Virus record (IMG/VR): IMGVR_UViG_3300048033_000859
Coordinates: 1-53,645 of that record
Strand: one strand, 5' to 3'
DNA length: 53,645 nt
From: a virus
Lineage: Duplodnaviria; Caudoviricetes
How positions within the stretch are numbered: position 1 is the first letter of the stretch; every line of letters begins with the position of its first letter. Both the position numbers and the translations under genes were made by a program. The notes beneath the pieces are model-generated. The model was given only the letters and a program-made list of their open reading frames with translations. It was not told the DNA's origin and did not search any database. Of the stretch, positions 52,498-53,645 are shown in pieces.

Positions 52498-53645
52498 TGA
52501 TGATGCCCTAATTTATGACTTTGAAGTTGGAACTAGCTGGGTTGCGGAGGGGGTCAGAGATAATACCCCACATAACCCAGACAACATGCTCGTAACCGCA
52601 CAATACTGTCACTTAACTAACCTTCAAGACAAAGAGCAGTGCCTGGAGGAGCTACGCACCAAGACCAAGACAATTGTAGTATATCATAACGAAATGGATA
52701 AGTCCGTTAAGCCTGATATTAGCCCTTTCGTTGAGCTTTATAATAAAGTTGGTGTGGTAGTTGCACACAATAACAAGTTTGATGAGATGTGGAGCCGTGC
52801 GCTAGGTATACCTTTACCTAATAACAGATTCTGCACCATGATATGTCAGTACTTGTTAAATAAAGGCCAGAGAAAGCCTTTGAGCCTCGCAGAGGTAGTC
52901 AAAGTGTACGGCCTCACAGAGAAGAAAACCGACCTTACCCACGATGAATTTAAAAACGGTAAAGAGTACTATGAAATAGCACTTGATAACGTGATTGAGT
53001 ATGGTGAAGGCGACATTCAAAGTGCTGGTGAGTTGTTCTTGGCACAGCTAGAGGAGCTAGAGAAGGACTCTAATAAATCCCTAAAGGCTGTGGTGCTAGG
53101 TACTAATGATATGACTGATGTAGTCATAGAAATGGAAATGAACGGCATCAAGATTGATCGTGAAGCTCTAGACGCTGTAGAGACTGAATTTCAACAGGAG
53201 TCAGATCAACTAGAACGCGACATTCAAAGAATGACTAGAGAGGTTATGGGGGATAGGCCCTATAAAATGTCTTCTGGGCAGGACTGCTCCGTAATTCTCT
53301 ACTCTAGAGACTTCATAAGCAAACCTCACAAGGCATCGTGGAAAAAGATAATGAACCTTGGTGTGGATGAATACACTAAGAAGCCCCGATATAGACCCAC
53401 CATGAAGGCCTCTCAATTCTCCCGCGAAGTTCAGGAACACTTTAGAGTTGTGAACAGAGAGGTAGCTCACCACTGTCATTCTTGCAACGGAACGGGAATG
53501 ATCCGTAAAGTTAAAAAAGACGGGACCCCTTGGAAAAACCTTACAACCTGCCTCAACTGCGAGGACAGAGCGGGGGTTATCTACGAAAATACAAAGACCG
53601 TCTGTGGCTTTAAGCTTGTACCGATGGGTAGGCAAAATTCATCGT
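52487..53645 (+). CDS. polA: Family-A DNA polymerase, N-terminal 3'-5' exonuclease part (not in ORF track; runs off the window end and continues at base 182)
   Basis: ATG 52487 MLYNDDALIYDFE (ExoI), AHNNKFD (ExoII), YGEGD (ExoIII), MEMNGIKID; no stop seen before the window end. Confidence 0.93.
   Translation, partial: MLYNDDALIYDFEVGTSWVAEGVRDNTPHNPDNMLVTAQYCHLTNLQDKEQCLEELRTKTKTIVVYHNEMDKSVKPDISPFVELYNKVGVVVAHNNKFDEMWSRALGIPLPNNRFCTMICQYLLNKGQRKPLSLAEVVKVYGLTEKKTDLTHDEFKNGKEYYEIALDNVIEYGEGDIQSAGELFLAQLEELEKDSNKSLKAVVLGTNDMTDVVIEMEMNGIKIDREALDAVETEFQQESDQLERDIQRMTREVMGDRPYKMSSGQDCSVILYSRDFISKPHKASWKKIMNLGVDEYTKKPRYRPTMKASQFSREVQEHFRVVNREVAHHCHSCNGTGMIRKVKKDGTPWKNLTTCLNCEDRAGVIYENTKTVCGFKLVPMGRQNSS
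53465..53645. repeat. Terminal direct repeat, copy 2 (matches 1-181)
   Basis: See copy 1. Confidence 0.95.

Noticed and set aside
1-53645. Alternative genetic code
   Set aside because: Conserved genes are full length under the standard bacterial code, and TAA, TAG and TGA are all used as stops.

Overview
This window appears to be a complete, circularly permuted genome (about 53,464 bp after trimming a 181-bp terminal overlap) of a temperate marine podovirus-like phage. Its family-A DNA polymerase carries a DnaJ-like zinc-finger insertion, the hallmark of HMO-2011-type phages. The host is probably an alphaproteobacterium, based on a tRNA-fMet attP core and a DUF1127 gene. The + strand holds integration, replication and nucleotide genes: tyrosine integrase, ThyX, attP, primase, helicase, DNA Pol A split across the window ends, Cas4-like exonuclease, endonuclease I, MazG, class II RNR and PhoH. 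The - strand holds packaging, capsid, tail, lysis and internal virion genes, plus a cassette-like early region (43.0-47.3 kb). I could not recognise an RNA polymerase or an HTH repressor. The most notable signal is a candidate small-RNA regulatory layer. A ~75-nt RNA from a near-consensus sigma70 promoter (8101-8211) is complementary, in two blocks, to a conserved leader covering the ribosome-binding sites of five early genes about 35-39 kb away in window coordinates. Two further promoter-to-terminator sRNA candidates carry anti-Shine-Dalgarno motifs, and an unannotated DUF1127 small protein gene is present. All calls come from motif recognition by eye; no searches were run.
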